This document shows, in pieces, positions 63,621 to 64,000 of a stretch of 64,000 bases of DNA. A program made the translations under genes and the position numbers. Origin of the DNA: Mytilus trossulus (Eukaryota); NCBI RefSeq assembly GCF_036588685.1, contig NC_086382.1, forward strand, positions 77,996,001 to 78,060,000, read 5' to 3'. The notes beneath the pieces are model-generated. The model saw nothing but the letters and a program-made list of their open reading frames with translations, had not been told where the DNA came from and made no database searches. How positions within the stretch are numbered: position 1 is the first letter of the stretch; each line of letters starts with the position of its first letter.

Positions 63621-64000
63621 AGCTTTCATTAAAATACGTAAACAACATTCGCATTGTTTTTCCACAGATATCATTTATTATTTACTCGCTAGACTCTATT
63701 AGATATTATACAAATGCTCTCTTTTATTTTCTTATATAAATAAAAAATGGCTATACGATCACACAGAGTTTTTTTATTAGAAGGCGGATAGAAAGGTTAT
63801 TCGACGCATTGGAACAATATTCTTATATCACGGGATATCGGCAACATTTGTGGAGAACTACTTGATACATATTTTAGACATTTTAGATAGAAATGACTCT
63901 TTTAGTGACATAAATGAGCAGATCCGTGAATACTGTAAACAATTCCTTAATAAGTCGGGTCAGGCAGCAGAAAATTGTCAAGAGATTGAAACAGCATCTA

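Noticed and set aside
63747-64000. ORF-like start at the window end
   Set aside because: Frameshifted, truncated by the window and without a recognisable motif.

Overview
AT-rich animal DNA, by inference from a bivalve (Mytilus-like repeat families), with no recognisable host gene; nearly everything is mobile DNA. Two large elements stand out. (1) A complete, young Ty3/Gypsy LTR retrotransposon (46653-56726; 247-bp LTRs with 4 differences, GTAT target-site duplication). In the env position it carries a third gene encoding an acidic region, two C2H2-like fingers and a TatD-family nuclease, with a splice acceptor directly before its ATG. (2) A GC-richer island of about 21 kb (about 21481-42450) with no RT or DDE transposase. 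It encodes two paralogous zinc-finger/tyrosine-recombinase (YR) genes with complementary catalytic lesions, one assembled from 8 frame-compatible exons. It also holds a 5 x 1640-bp gene-bearing tandem array, several small orphan ORFs each preceded by a 3' splice site, repeat blocks and a twister-ribozyme-like motif. A third, divergent YR relic lies at about 6.9-8.3 kb. The rest is decayed CR1-group LINEs, two Helentron-associated (HINE/DINE-like) insertions, hAT and Academ-like transposase relics, MITEs, SINE-like repeats, hammerhead-retrozyme remnants and minisatellites. All family assignments come from reading motifs by eye; no database searches were run.
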